Source of the DNA: Octopus sinensis
Lineage: Eukaryota
Assembly (NCBI RefSeq): GCF_006345805.1
Contig: NC_043007.1
Span: 9,610,001 to 9,674,000 of the forward strand
Direction of reading: 5' to 3'
Length of the DNA: 64,000 nucleotides
The position numbers and the translations under genes are program-made. Under the pieces are notes generated by a model that saw only the letters and a list, made by a program, of their open reading frames with translations, did no database searches and was not told the origin of the DNA. Of this stretch, positions 11,200 through 22,937 are shown piece after piece. Within the stretch, counting starts at the first letter, position 1; every line of letters starts with the position of its first letter.

Positions 11200-14100
11200 A
11201 TGGCAAAGCTGGGTTGCGTGAATGTGCGTGGAATGGGGTCGAAATGGAAACAAATTTGTCTCCTGAACGACCTCACGACACACGGAGTGGACGTAGCTAT
11301 TGTAACCGAGTCCAAGATGAACGGGGCCCAAGCGTTCTCGCCTCTTCTAAATGGTTTCGAGAAATTTATTTCTCCTAGCCGAGGAGGAGGAAGGGGTGTG
11401 GCAGTCCTTATCAGGAAGAGCTTGGACTTGCAGGTAAGTACTGTCTTTCTGGACCCAGAAGGCAGGCTGGTCGTTCTGGATGTGACCCACGTAAGTAAAC
11501 AGTCCTTCAGGTTGGTAGCTGTCTATGCTCCGAATGAGTGTAGGCAGTCGGGTTGTTTGTTTTTTCGGAATCTGGAGCACTTTTTAGTGACGTCGAAAAC
11601 GGTAGTCTTAGTAGGGGACTTTAAAACTGTCCTCGAAGCGCGGGTCGACAGTGTTGGCTCAACCAATAGGAAGGGGAACCCTAGCCTCAAGGGTTTAGTA
11701 GAGAGCTTTAATCTAGTAGACCGTTATCGACTGGATGAGCCGAGCGTTCCACAGTAGACGTGGAGTAACAACGACGGCTCACGCAGATCGTATATAGATA
11801 GGACATTCGTTAGGAAAAGAGATAAGGATATGTTTAGTTGTCCACAGTTTCACATTGTGCCTTACACGGATCACAAATTTGTGACTTGTAGGGTGCAATT
11901 AGATAAGTGCCATAGACAAGGACCCGGGTACTGGAAGCTGAACAAATCTATTTTGAATTGTGAAGACTTCCGTACCCGGATTAAGGTGTTGGTACAGAGG
12001 GCATTATGTGGCACCATCATTAACAATAGATGGTGGCACTCCCTCAAAAGAGCCATTCGTTCAGAGTCCATTAGATTTAGCAATCAGCTAAGGTTAGATA
12101 GGTCTAGGATAGAGGACGATTTAGTTAAGATTCTAAACGATGCAATGGAATCTGGCTCTGCATCCGGAGTGATGGCGGCAAGGACGGTATTGTACCGTCA
12201 CCTTAACTCCAAACACGAAGGTTGCAGAGTTAGAGCTAAGCTACGCGCAGGGAAACGAGAAGGTATTAACGTTGCCGGATGGGCCCGTCGAGTGGAGAGT
12301 CAGAGAGGCAACAAAGCTTCAATCAAGTCTTTAACTGACGAACAGGGACACAAGATCTATGGACAGGAGGAGATGCAAAAGTTTCTTCACCAGCATTTCG
12401 CCCGTGCGTTCGGGGGGGGGGTCGCTGGAGCGGGGGAGGGCCTTAAAGGACTTCCTAGCCGGCGGACGGCGGCTCTCGGGACGTGAGGTGAAGTGCTGTG
12501 AAGGAGCGATCACTCCCGTGGAGATAGAGGGAGTACTCGCCGGATGCGCCGGGGAAAAGTCGCCGGGGTTGGATGGTCTGTCCTACGAGTTTTATCAAAG
12601 TATGCCGGACTTGTTCGGGGGAATACTGGCAGGCGTCTACGCGAACTGGCAGCAGAACGGGAGAATTCCCAGTTCTGTAAGCCGGGGAGTGGTGACGCTA
12701 ATCCAGAAAGACCCGAGCAAGGGGGATAACATTAGTAATTACAGGCCCATAACTCTACTTAATGTAGAGTTAAAGATTTTGGCCAAGGTGTTGGCAAAAA
12801 GGTTGACGACTGTCGTGGAGAAACTTGTAGGGAAAGCACAGACATGTGCAATTCCAGGCAGGTCGATCCAGGACAATCTTCACCTTATACGCTACACCTT
12901 AGATAGGGTGGGTAAATTAACCGGCAAGGGCGGGGTAATGGTCCATTTAGACCAAAGTAAAGCGTTCGACAGTGTAGACCATATGTACCAGGCGACGGTC
13001 CTCGAAGCGGCTGGACTGGGCCCTGAATTTCGCGGGTGGATCTCCGCTATGTATAGCGGCATCAAGTTCACCGTCCAGATAAACGGTTACCTAACGGAAC
13101 CGTTTTCGATCGAATGTTCAGTTCGTTAAGGGTGCCCCTTGTCACCACTTTTGTACGTGTTGGCTCTCGAGCCATTGCTGCGAAAGTTGGAGAGGCTGGG
13201 AAGTAATCCGGATGAGATCGGAGGCGGGAAGACGGTTTCTGCTTATGCGGATGACGTCACCCTCATCGTGTCCAATGAGGCTCAGCTACCTTGTGTAGAG
13301 GATGCTATCAGAGGATACGAGGCGGTGGCAGGAGCAAAAGTTAACAAGGACAAGTCGATTGGCTTACGCTTTGGCACCTGGAGGAGCAAGTCGATATCGT
13401 CCAGTGCCGTGGGACACTGGACAGATGGTCCTGTTAAGTTGCTAGGAGTTTGGTTTGGGCCAGACTCCCAAACGGAGAGGAATTGGAGTGAGGTGACGGA
13501 TAAGGTGGAGGCCATTGTACGGACCTGGTCCGGAAGGTTTCTGTCGTTGAAAGGAAGGGCGGAGGTGGTACAGATGTTCATTGCATCTGTAATCACTTAC
13601 GGCCTGACCGTTGTCCCTTGCCCCGATTCATGGCTTAGCAAGTTGGAGCGAATCCTTTTCCGCTTTTTGTGGAAGGGAGGAAAGCCACTTGTGAGGCGCT
13701 CCGTTTGCTGCCAGGAACCGTTAATGGGTGGGTTAGGAATGCCTTAGTTGATGATGCGCAGACATGCGTTGAGGCTGAAGCATCTCTGGCACCACCTGGA
13801 GGGTGATAAGGTGTGGAGTCCGCTGGCAGGGGAATTTTTCCCGAGACCGGCTTCCTTAGTGAATTTTAAACCCGGTTGCATCAAAAGACGGAATCTGACT
13901 TTATGGCAAAAGGAGTGCCGACAGGCACTCACGCTGATCCACAAGGCGGGCAAGGCCGGCTGCGGAAATACCACCTCGGTATTTTATAGCAGGCTGGTAG
14001 AGGCAAAGAACGACGACGTCCTAGGAGGGGCTCTGGGGTTCGATGAGGACCAGCTTACCAGACTGTTTAAAAAGACTTTCAGGACGGTGTATTTGTATAA

Positions 14101-14593
14101 TTTCCAAAGATCCCTGGCCTGCCAGTGTTATAGGAATGCTTTACCTGTTCGCGAGAAGTTATCGCGGCACGGAATTTCAGTGCCACCGACATGTCCAAGA
14201 TGCGGGTTGGACGATGAAACCGCCAGCAAGCTTTTGTACACTGTCGGCAGTTGTCAGACTTGATAAGTTACGCAGAACACGTGTTATCGCATCTGGGTCG
14301 AGTACAGCTGTCGGCTGAGTCTATGATTAAGATGAAAACCGCCAACTGGACTCTCGAAGGAAGGTGAGGCATGTTTTCACTGCACGGTTGCAGTAGTAAA
14401 AGAATGCATGTGGCGTACAAGAATGGAAGGAGTCGCAATAGGATCCTTTGTCTCAGGCCCCGGCTTGCTCACTTACTTCAGATATCATCTGAAGAGCAAA
14501 ATGTGGCTGGAAAAGAAGACCTTACCACGAGGTGTGTATGAAAAAAGATGGAAGGAAGTGGCGAAAAAAGTGGGTGTCAGAAACCCAGTTTAA
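11200..14593 (+). pseudogene. LINE ORF2: AP endonuclease + reverse transcriptase
   Basis: VNVRG, VTES, LVGDF, TWS, YIDR, YTDHK (APE); KSPGLDGL, YRPITLLN, QSKAFD, GCPLSPLLY, YADD at 13244-13255 (RT); CPRCG; stops at 11755, 13127 and 13745; frameshift at the G10 run 12412-12421. Confidence 0.95.
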
Positions 14594-14844
14594 CTATGGA
14601 TGGAGAAGAGGAAAGGAAAGCTGCGGGGCCTTATAGGTTGCCGGGGTTTAAAATATATCAGTAAGATTTCAATCTAATGTAATGTTATATTAGTCAATGC
14701 AAAGGACAATTTAAATACAGTTTTTTGTATAATGAATAATCCATATATTTTGGAAATTTTTAAACGAACCACTTAAATGTTTTTTGTATGTATGTCCTGT
14801 ATTGTTCTTCTATGTACTGATTTTATAATCATAATAAAGAATTA

Positions 14845-15122
14845 ATCGAAAACCGGTGATTGTCGTACGCTGATAACGGATCAAGACCCAGAAACTGCAT
14901 CCGTGCGTATCACTTATGTTGACGAGGGAAGGATGACTTCCCTTTGCAAATACCGATTGGGCACAGAAAATGTGTCAATAGCCAACTGGAGGCGATGTTC
15001 TCCTGGGGCTACAAGCTACAGTAACACCCACCCTTAGTGGTTAGCCATATTGAGATGGCAAATATACCTCACATTGTCGTGCAGTCACTGTTAATACCTC
15101 GTTCAGAGATTTATTATTGCTT
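14845..15122 (+). mobile_element. 3' part of the HHR-bearing retrozyme/pLTR-like element
   Basis: Contains the HHR-like motif and the second copy of the 109-bp repeat; ends in (TA)n. Confidence 0.7.
14864..14907 (+). ncRNA. Decayed type I hammerhead motif
   Basis: CGTACG-CTGATAA-CGGATCAAGACCCA-GAAA-CTGCA-TC-CGTGCG: 6-bp stem I; G8 is A; helix III is one base short of the palindrome ACTGCAGT; stem II imperfect. Confidence 0.55.
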
Positions 15123-15145
15123 ATATATATATATATATATATATA

Positions 15146-16118
15146 GATTCGCTGATGACACTAAGCTCCAGCAAATCGTCAATGAAGAAGCAGACCGAAC
15201 TCAACTCCAGTCTGACCTATATGTTGTGAGTCAATGGGCAGACAGAAACCAAATGGAACTGAATGAGGGAAAATTTGAGCTGATGCATTTTGGAAGAAAT
15301 TCCTCACTAAAACAACCATACTCTCTTCCTTCAGGGGAACCGCTCACAGCCTCTAACAATATCAGAGACCTGGGTGTAATTGTTGATGACGATCTCAGTT
15401 GGAGTGCACACATCAACAAGAAGGTCGATACAGCTCGTAGGATGAGTTCCTGGATCTTAAGAACTTTCCGGTCCAGAGAACAAGGTGTCATCATACCACT
15501 TTTTTCATCCTTTGTACGGCCACACCTTGAATACTGCTGCCCACTGTGGTCTCCTCACACAAGACAAAACATCTCCAGAATTGAGTCACCCCAGAGGGCT
15601 CTCACTAAACAAATTGAAGGCATGGCTGCTCTCGACTATTGGGATCGCCTTAAAGCCTTGAAACTTTACTCCCTCCAGCGTCGCCGTGAGCGGTACATCA
15701 TTTGTACGATGTGGAAAATATACCGCCAACTTTGCCCAAACGACCTAAACATTAGCTTCAAGGTTCATCCGAGACTTGGACCACGGGCTATACGTCCCCT
15801 GCCAAATTCAAGATCACAACATACATGTACACTGCAACATAATTTCTTTTCCTCAACAGGCCCTGCCCTATTTAACATTGTCCCGAGGGAGATCAAAGAG
15901 GAAAAGGATCCCATCAACTTCAAACAGAGTCTGGATAGATTCCTTCAAAGAATACCAGACAAGCCACCCATAATTGGATACAACTCACCCAACAAGAACT
16001 CACTACTTGAACAAAACTTGACTTAAACAGGATTCGAATAATCCTATCAGGTGGTGTTATTAAGTTAGACATGGCCTGGACCAATCTCTGGTCGAAACAT
16101 ATCTAAGTTTTATCTAAG

Positions 16119-16120
<2 letters not shown>
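15146..16120 (+). mobile_element. 5'-truncated CR1-clade LINE (RT C-terminal half, open frame)
   Basis: FADDTK, RDLGVIVD, RPHLEYCCPLWSP and YSLQRRRERY; stop at 16024-16026; ATCTAAGT-repeat tail; (TA)n on both sides. Confidence 0.92.
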
Positions 16121-16165
<45 letters not shown>

Positions 16166-16589
16166 TAAATTAGGGATAAAACCACTATTAGGCATATCAA
16201 ACAGTGAAAATCATAAGCCAATACATAGAAATAAAATTAAGTAAAAATATATAAAATATAAAATATAAAAAATATAAAATTCCAAACTAAAATATTTAAA
16301 TTAAAGTTAAAATTTTAAAAATTATCAAATAATTTAAACTTATAAATTTTAAATATATATATATTATATTTTTTTATTTATTCATTTATTTAGTTTTTTT
16401 TTAGCTTTTTTTTTTCAGTTTTTTTAAAATTATATAACTATCAAAAAGTATTAAAAGTTTATTATAAGATAAAGAGTATATATATATAGTTAATCCTAAA
16501 ATGAAAACACAAAGAGAAAACACAACAACGCGAGGACGTGGAACAAATATAGTATTATTGGACGCTCAGGAAGGAAGGGAAGAAGGAGG

Positions 16590-16624
16590 GTTTTACGTTT
16601 CGAGCGGAGCTCTTCGTCAGAAGC
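16590..16624 (-). ncRNA. Minimal type I hammerhead motif with intact catalytic core
   Basis: GCTT-CTGACGA-A-GAGC-TCC-GCTC-GAAA-CG-T-A-AAAC: 4-bp stem II, ACGU palindromic helix III, GUA triplet; stem I weak (one C-A mismatch). Confidence 0.7.
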
Positions 16625-16728
16625 ATAGGAAAAGGAAAGATCCAGAGAAGGGAAGACGGAGAAAAAATTCGCCAACGGTACACACGCTGTCATGTATGTA
16701 TGTATGTATGTATGTATATATGTATGTA

Positions 16729-16820
<92 letters not shown>

Positions 16821-16837
16821 GTATGTATGTATGCATG

Positions 16838-16887
<50 letters not shown>

Positions 16888-16907
16888 GTATTTACGTTTC
16901 TACCGAC

Positions 16908-17205
16908 GGCGAACTGACAGAAACATTAGTATGCCGGGCGATTTCGTCTGCCTGAAGGCGACGAGCTGGCAGAATCGTTAACGCGTTAGATGAAGTGCTT
17001 ATCGGTATTTCGCAACTGGATACGTTCTGAGTTCAAATTTCGCCGAGGTAAACTTTGCCTTTCATCTTTTCGGGATCGATTAAATAAATACCAGTTACGC
17101 ACTGCGGTCGATATGATCGACTTAATCCGTTTGTCTGTTCTTGGTTTTCCTCTCCGTGTTTAGCCTCTTGTGGGTAGTAAAGAAATAGGTATTTCGTTTG
17201 TCTTT
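16908..17205 (+). mobile_element. SINE-C copy
   Basis: GAGCTGGCAGAA head, GAGTTCAAAT B box, CTTTGCCTTTCATC..GGG.TCGAT core and GTAGTAAAGAAATAGGTATTTCG junction. Confidence 0.8.
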
Positions 17206-17297
17206 ATGTTGCATGCTGCGGTGGATCTAATCTACTGGTCCCGCTCACACCAAATTTCGGGCTTTGTGACTAGAGTAGAAAAGTGTATATATATATG

Positions 17298-17358
<61 letters not shown>

Positions 17359-18552
17359 AGATCCTGTGTAAGACAGTTCGGTATTGTCTGTAAATGCACA
17401 AAAACCATTTTAAGGGCTACATACTTTGTGTTGTTGTTATTGGATTTGCGAAACAATTATGAGAACGGAACCAAGGGATAAGTCCCGCTTTCCCGGGAAT
17501 TACCAGATACGTCAGCTAGTATATATATACATACACACATATCTACATCCCAAATATGGTGCTTTTTATCTTTCTTAGGAACCTGCTCTTTCTTCACAGG
17601 AAGAATTTAAATGATTAAATACAGAAACATACATACATACTTACGTACAAATATACATGCATATATACCTACATACGTACGTACGTACATACACCCTTAT
17701 ATATGTTTGCAGTGGTGAGCTTAAAATAGAATGAGGTGCTGGGTACACCACACCCATCATCGTGGAAATAAAAATCATCACATTTTCATAACAGAATGTT
17801 GAAATACTTAAATATTTCCGATGTACAGTAGACCAGTAACAATTATTTGATTGCTTCACAAAATCATATTATGTCCACTTCTGTGAGAACAACAGGAGAC
17901 CGTAGTTACAGAGAATTGTACGCCATTTTCTGTTCACATCTACAGAAAACAGTTGTTGATTGAAAGTTACAATGTTTCCAGCCAATGGAGCAGACGTGGT
18001 CAATCTCTTCCACAATATCTCAACGTTAATTACACATAAATACGAATCTTAGCGCGAAAATTTCTGACAGTGCTTTGCGGATAAGTTGTGTTTAATGACC
18101 AAGAAAGTGCGTCAGCGTACAATGAAAGCAGATAGGCTTGTAAAGTGACTAAATACGACATTGTACAGGCGACGGTCGTATTCGAAGAAGTATGACATTA
18201 AATGAAAGAAAATTAGCGTCAAAAGAAATACAAAAACAAAACAGATTCGCGGCTCAGGTGATGGGGATAAATTCATTTAGGATAACTAATTTTTCAAATG
18301 TTTTCAACGAATCGCTTTTCGGGCAATTTAAGAAAGCAGATAAACGACTCGGTTCCACAGATGCTGCATTCGACTCTAAAGTGATAGATTTATAATGGAA
18401 TTCAATTTAAGCCGTGAACTTTATCAATTTCGCCGCTTTCTTTTCACTGGAGATTCCACTTGCTGCTGATACTACAGCTAGCTAACAGGAGCTAGACTGC
18501 GAAAACGAGAACTATGAGCGGTGTTGGGGGGGAGGTCGGATAGCAGAAAACA

Positions 18553-18915
18553 TGGTGTTGATGATGATGATGATGATGATGACGACGACGACGACGACGA
18601 TGGCGAAAACGAAAAACGTGATGATGATGAGGAGGCGGAGGGCGTGATGATTATGGTGATGATGATGATGATGATGGAGATGATGATGATGATGATGATG
18701 ACGACGACGACGACGATGGCGAAAACGAAAAACGTGGTGATGATGAGGAGGCGGAGGGGTGATGATTATGGTGATGATGATGATGATGATGATGGTGGAG
18801 GTGGTGATGATGGTGATGATGATGATGATGATGACGATGACGACGATGATTATGACGATGATGATGATGACGATGATGATGACGATGATGATGATGACGA
18901 TGATGATGGTGATGA
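18553..18915. repeat. (GAT/GAC)n trinucleotide tract with an internal ~115-bp duplication
   Basis: GATGGCGAAAACGAAAAACGTG..GAGGAGGCGGAGGG occurs at about 18599 and 18715. Confidence 0.9.
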
Positions 18916-18974
18916 CTGCGACGCCGATGCGCCGTGGACCACTGTCGCCTTGACAGCTGCTTTTATTTCTCCAG

Positions 18975-18996
18975 GGATATCAAAACAAGATGGAAG
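18975..18996 (+). CDS. Candidate 22-nt exon of a host gene, possibly carrying the start codon
   Basis: Acceptor TTTTATTTCTCCAG and donor GTAATC; reads GYQNKME-G; ATG at 18990 in AACAAGATGG context; phase 1 end fits the exon at 25679. Confidence 0.5.
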
Positions 18997-19119
18997 GTAA
19001 TCGGTTATTAAATTGTTCGACTAATTACAATTTATAGGAAATGACAGGAAGAACATGGCTGAGAATAACACCAGAGGAAGTGTGGCGGCGGCAGAAGTGT
19101 AGGGGAGGGAGGAAGAGGA

Positions 19120-19188
19120 GGAGGAGGTAGAAGAAGAAGAAGAAGAAGAAGAAGAAGAAGAAGAAGAAGAAGAAGAAGATGATGAGGT

Positions 19189-19215
<27 letters not shown>
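19120..19215. repeat. Compound (GAG)n(GAA)n(GAT)n tract
   Basis: Direct reading. Confidence 0.95.
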
Positions 19216-19219
<4 letters not shown>

Positions 19220-19431
19220 AAAGACCATCCACAGCAACAACTACAACTACTACAACCAAAGAATATAGGTATCTATTAGTGGAAATAAATGAAGACCTGA
19301 ATTTAAGTATATATTCTATTGAAAGCGCTATTATACATAAGTAATCAGCTAAAGACGAAACGATGTGCAACAAGATAGAAATACGTGGCTAGATAAGCTA
19401 GTTAACGATAGCGTTGCTATATATGTGTGAA

Positions 19432-19467
<36 letters not shown>

Positions 19468-19509
19468 TATGTATGTATATGGAGAGAGAGAGTTTATGTA
19501 TACACAAGT

Positions 19510-19737
19510 ATACGAGGGAGTCTTAAAATGTTACATGTATTAAGGGTGTCGTGAAAGGGCTGATGGGAGGCCCAACCTTCCGAGTTTTTTTACAAGGCTT
19601 AGAAGAAAAAAAATGAAGGACTTCTGCAATAAGTATGTGAATCTGAGAAAGGAATTTGTTGAATGAAATCATAATTCATTGGTAGTTCTGTGTTTTCTTT
19701 TATACAAAACCAAGAATTTTTTCCGCACCACCTCATA
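19510..19737 (+). mobile_element. Short mariner-like remnant
   Basis: TACGAGGG start, CCACCTCATA end, and a transposase C-terminal-like piece (KDFCNKYVNLRKEFVE*). Confidence 0.4.
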
Positions 19738-19889
19738 TATCTGTATGTAATAATGTATGTATGTATATATATACATATGCATATATGCATACATACATAC
19801 ATACATACATACATACATACTACATACATACATACATACATACATACATACATACATACGTACGTACATACGAACACTCCATATTATTT

Positions 19890-21445
19890 GGGAATTACTG
19901 CCATAAAATATTGGGTCGAGAGGCATAGAGAAGCAACCCCCACTAGATTTACTGTAAACTTCAAACTACACATAGTCTAGGAAAAAACTACCTCCAAATT
20001 CGAGGCTCAACTATAGGGACGCGATTTGTTCCAGCTTTTTCGAGCTCGGTATTGGGATATTTGGAAGAAAACCTATATTTAAAAATTGAAGAGAACTACG
20101 CCATGGTCTTTAGAAGACATATAGAGGACACATTGAAAAGGTATCTCGATGATAGTTTCCTAATTTGGACCAAATCCCTAGAAAATCTGTAACAATTTAG
20201 CACCCTCCTCAACAATCTACACCCCTAGTCTCAAATTCATAAGAGGAATGAGCAACACACAATTACCATTTCTTGACATAATGGTAATTAAAAACAACAC
20301 CACAATCACAACTGATATTTATTACAAAAGCACTGATACACACCAGTACCTAAATTTCAAATCATGCCATCCTACACGCACAAAATGCAACATCCTGTAC
20401 TGTCTAGCCGGGAAAATTTATACTATATTAATGATACAAATAACAGGAACATACTACTTATAGATCTCAAAGGATTTCTGCCCAAGCAAACTTACCCTCA
20501 CATACTTATAGAAAATAGCATACAACGAGCAAAAGGGATACCTATAGAACAACTTAGGGCAACACGAGAAAGACAAACCCGTCAACAGAAGACAATAGCA
20601 TTTCTAGTAACACAACATTCGCCTCATCAAAATAGTTTTAACATCACCAAAACAAATTTGACAATAATTAAAAAACAAAATTTTAAAAAAAACATAGTAA
20701 CTAATCAAATACTTATCTTAAGCAAAATACAACCACATAACCTAAAGAAACTATTAACAAAGGCAAAATTCAACATGAACAAACAGGATAAAACATTCAC
20801 AGCATCCAAGTGTAATGATAACAGATGGGGAACGTGTCAATACATACATACCGTTAGATTCATTAGAGCAAAATATAGACAGATTTTCGCAAATGCAGGT
20901 ATGAACTGCAAAAGCAAAAATTTGATCAACTGCATTAAATGCCCAGTGTAGGCGCGTGGCTTAGTGGTTAGGGCGTCAGCATCATGATCGTAAGATTGTG
21001 GTTTCGATTCCTGGACCGGGCGATGCGTTGTGTTCTAGAGCAAAACACTTTATTTCACGTTGCTCCAGTCCACTCAGCTGGCAAAAATAAGTAACGCTGC
21101 GATGGGCTGACGTCTCGTCCAGCTGGGGAACACATACGTCATTGAAACCGGGAAAGCATGGCTAGGCTTTAAAAGTGTGCAAGAAGCATTAAACGCCCGA
21201 ATTGCGAGGAACTATATATTGGTGAGACAGGTCATACATTATCGGATCGCTCATGAGTCCAGAGTCAACAAATCCGGAAGACTAATGTTCGCCAAATTCC
21301 ATTGAGCGAACATATAGAAACATGTTGTTAGAAAATGTTTCTAATTTTTCCTTTCCAAGAACTACATGACACAAGTGAGATTGGAAGAACGATAAAATGA
21401 AAACGGTTTATTGAAATGTTCAAACCTGTTCTGAACGGAAATAAC
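19890..21445 (+). pseudogene. Penelope-like element: RT C-terminal half + GIY-YIG endonuclease, decayed
   Basis: QIRGSTIGTRF, RYLDD (20139-20153), LPFLDI, TDIYYKSTDTHQYL..SCHP, NLINCIKCP and LYIGETG (21215-21232); multiple stops and frameshifts. Confidence 0.9.
20945..21185 (+). mobile_element. SINE-D inserted in the GIY-YIG domain
   Basis: A box TGGCTTAGTGG and B box GTTTCGATTCC; 13-bp TSD GCATTAAA(T/C)GCCC at 20932-20944 and 21186-21198. Confidence 0.9.
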
Positions 21446-21772
21446 AATAATAATATAACAACCAGTTAATCGTGCGGATTTTAAAATATCTTTAAAATAT
21501 GGATATAAACAAATTACAGAAGACACCCACCAATTGAAATTAAAAACGATTGAAGCCAACTAAATTTGCTCACTCGTAAAGCCATTACATGTAAACCAAA
21601 AGCTAACTGGTTAAAATAAAGGTGAGATCTATGCTAGTAATATCGGTACACCCAGCAAACCGTGACGTTTTAGCTGCATGCAGATTGGTCAAAACCGTAT
21701 TCTAAAACTTCGGCTTCCTGGAGTCTTCTAAGAGTCAGTCAAGTACTCAACTGTCAGTTAAGTACATTTTGA

Positions 21773-21810
21773 AATCTGATAATTATTACGAACGTATGAA
21801 AGCGCTGATT
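21773..21810 (+). ncRNA. Decayed hammerhead motif in the Penelope 3' pseudo-LTR region
   Basis: AAT-CTGATAA-TTATTACGAACGTAT-GAAA-GCGC-T-G-ATT; AGCGCT palindromic helix III; G8 is A and position 17 is G. Confidence 0.45.
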
Positions 21811-21975
21811 GAACTATATGGACATTACAAAATATTTTTTTAATGTTTAACACGCTTCATCATTGTAAAAAAAATGTTTTTCTTTTTAAATACCATAGTA
21901 AAAAGCGTGAAAATCAGACTATGTTTTAAATTTATTCTACTGATATATTATTCTGTACTCATTTACACAAATTTG

Positions 21976-22018
<43 letters not shown>

Positions 22019-22903
22019 AATATAAGAAAATATGGATGCTTTAAGTTGGAAAGATTTGAACTACCTGACACAGATTTTTTTTCGTTGTCAGTTATTCAAT
22101 GTGTTGAATCTCGGGGAGATCATTATGCCAATAACAAATGCACGCACTGGTTTCACTCACTTATTATTTGTCGATTGGCTAAATATATAACCACTTAACT
22201 AATCGAATTTGTTTTGAGCATTTGTTGTTTAGCACCTAGTCAGCAATGTTCGAGCATATCTCTATTAAGTCCTGTTCCAGCCGTGACTGTCAAGCATTAC
22301 TATTTATCCATTGTTTACATTCTTTACTTTGAAACGTATGTAATTTGAGAGAAAATTAGCTGTTATATTTAGAAAGTCTAAAAACAATGTTGATTACTCG
22401 TGATTGATTTTATTTTGAAAGGGTAGAATGTAATTTGAGGGAGATTTAGTTGTTATTTCTAGTAGGTCTAAAAACGCACAGAAGCTTTCTTATAGGTTAG
22501 CTATCTGTATTATATTCTTCACACGTTGAAACTTCTACCACTTGTAAGACGAGAATCAATTCTCAAAAATATCATTAAACACTCATCATAAACATAATCC
22601 GCCATATTAAAAGTGACATATTCTGCTTTCTGCTCGAGTGTAAAGAGACATTCTATGCAAATATTTCTGTGAATACATGCCACATCACACGTCTTCCACG
22701 GGGAGATATATCAAACACGCAGCTAACTGTCACATCTGTCAGAGATATGATATTAAGGGAATAAATAGTTGATGAGCGCAGATATAAATATAAAATATTT
22801 CCATCACCTTCTTGAACATTATTATTATTATTATTATTATTATTATCATTGTTATTGTGATATAATATAATAAAATCAATTGCCGCCATTATTATTATTA
22901 TTA

Positions 22904-22937
<34 letters not shown>

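Larger units (their letters stand above)
9506..14844 (+). mobile_element. Full-length, inactivated L1/Tx1-clade LINE
   Basis: ORF1 with CCHC knuckle, ORF2 with APE + RT + C-terminal Cys motif, AATAAA at 14833, TSD ATCGAAAACC(A/G)GTG(T/A)TT at 9489-9505 and 14845-14861. Confidence 0.92.

Noticed and set aside
9304-15122. LTR retrotransposon or 109-bp TSD interpretation of the direct repeats
   Set aside because: The enzyme is an APE-type LINE with its own 17-bp TSD inside the repeats; no integrase, PBS or TG..CA ends.
16060-16105. GACC-N7-GGTC-GAAAC in the CR1 3' UTR as a hammerhead
   Set aside because: No CUGANGA upstream; more simply the LINE 3' stem-loop.
17575-17615. Possible terminal exon EPALSSQEEFK* after a good acceptor
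   Set aside because: Too short, and no upstream partner exon was identified.
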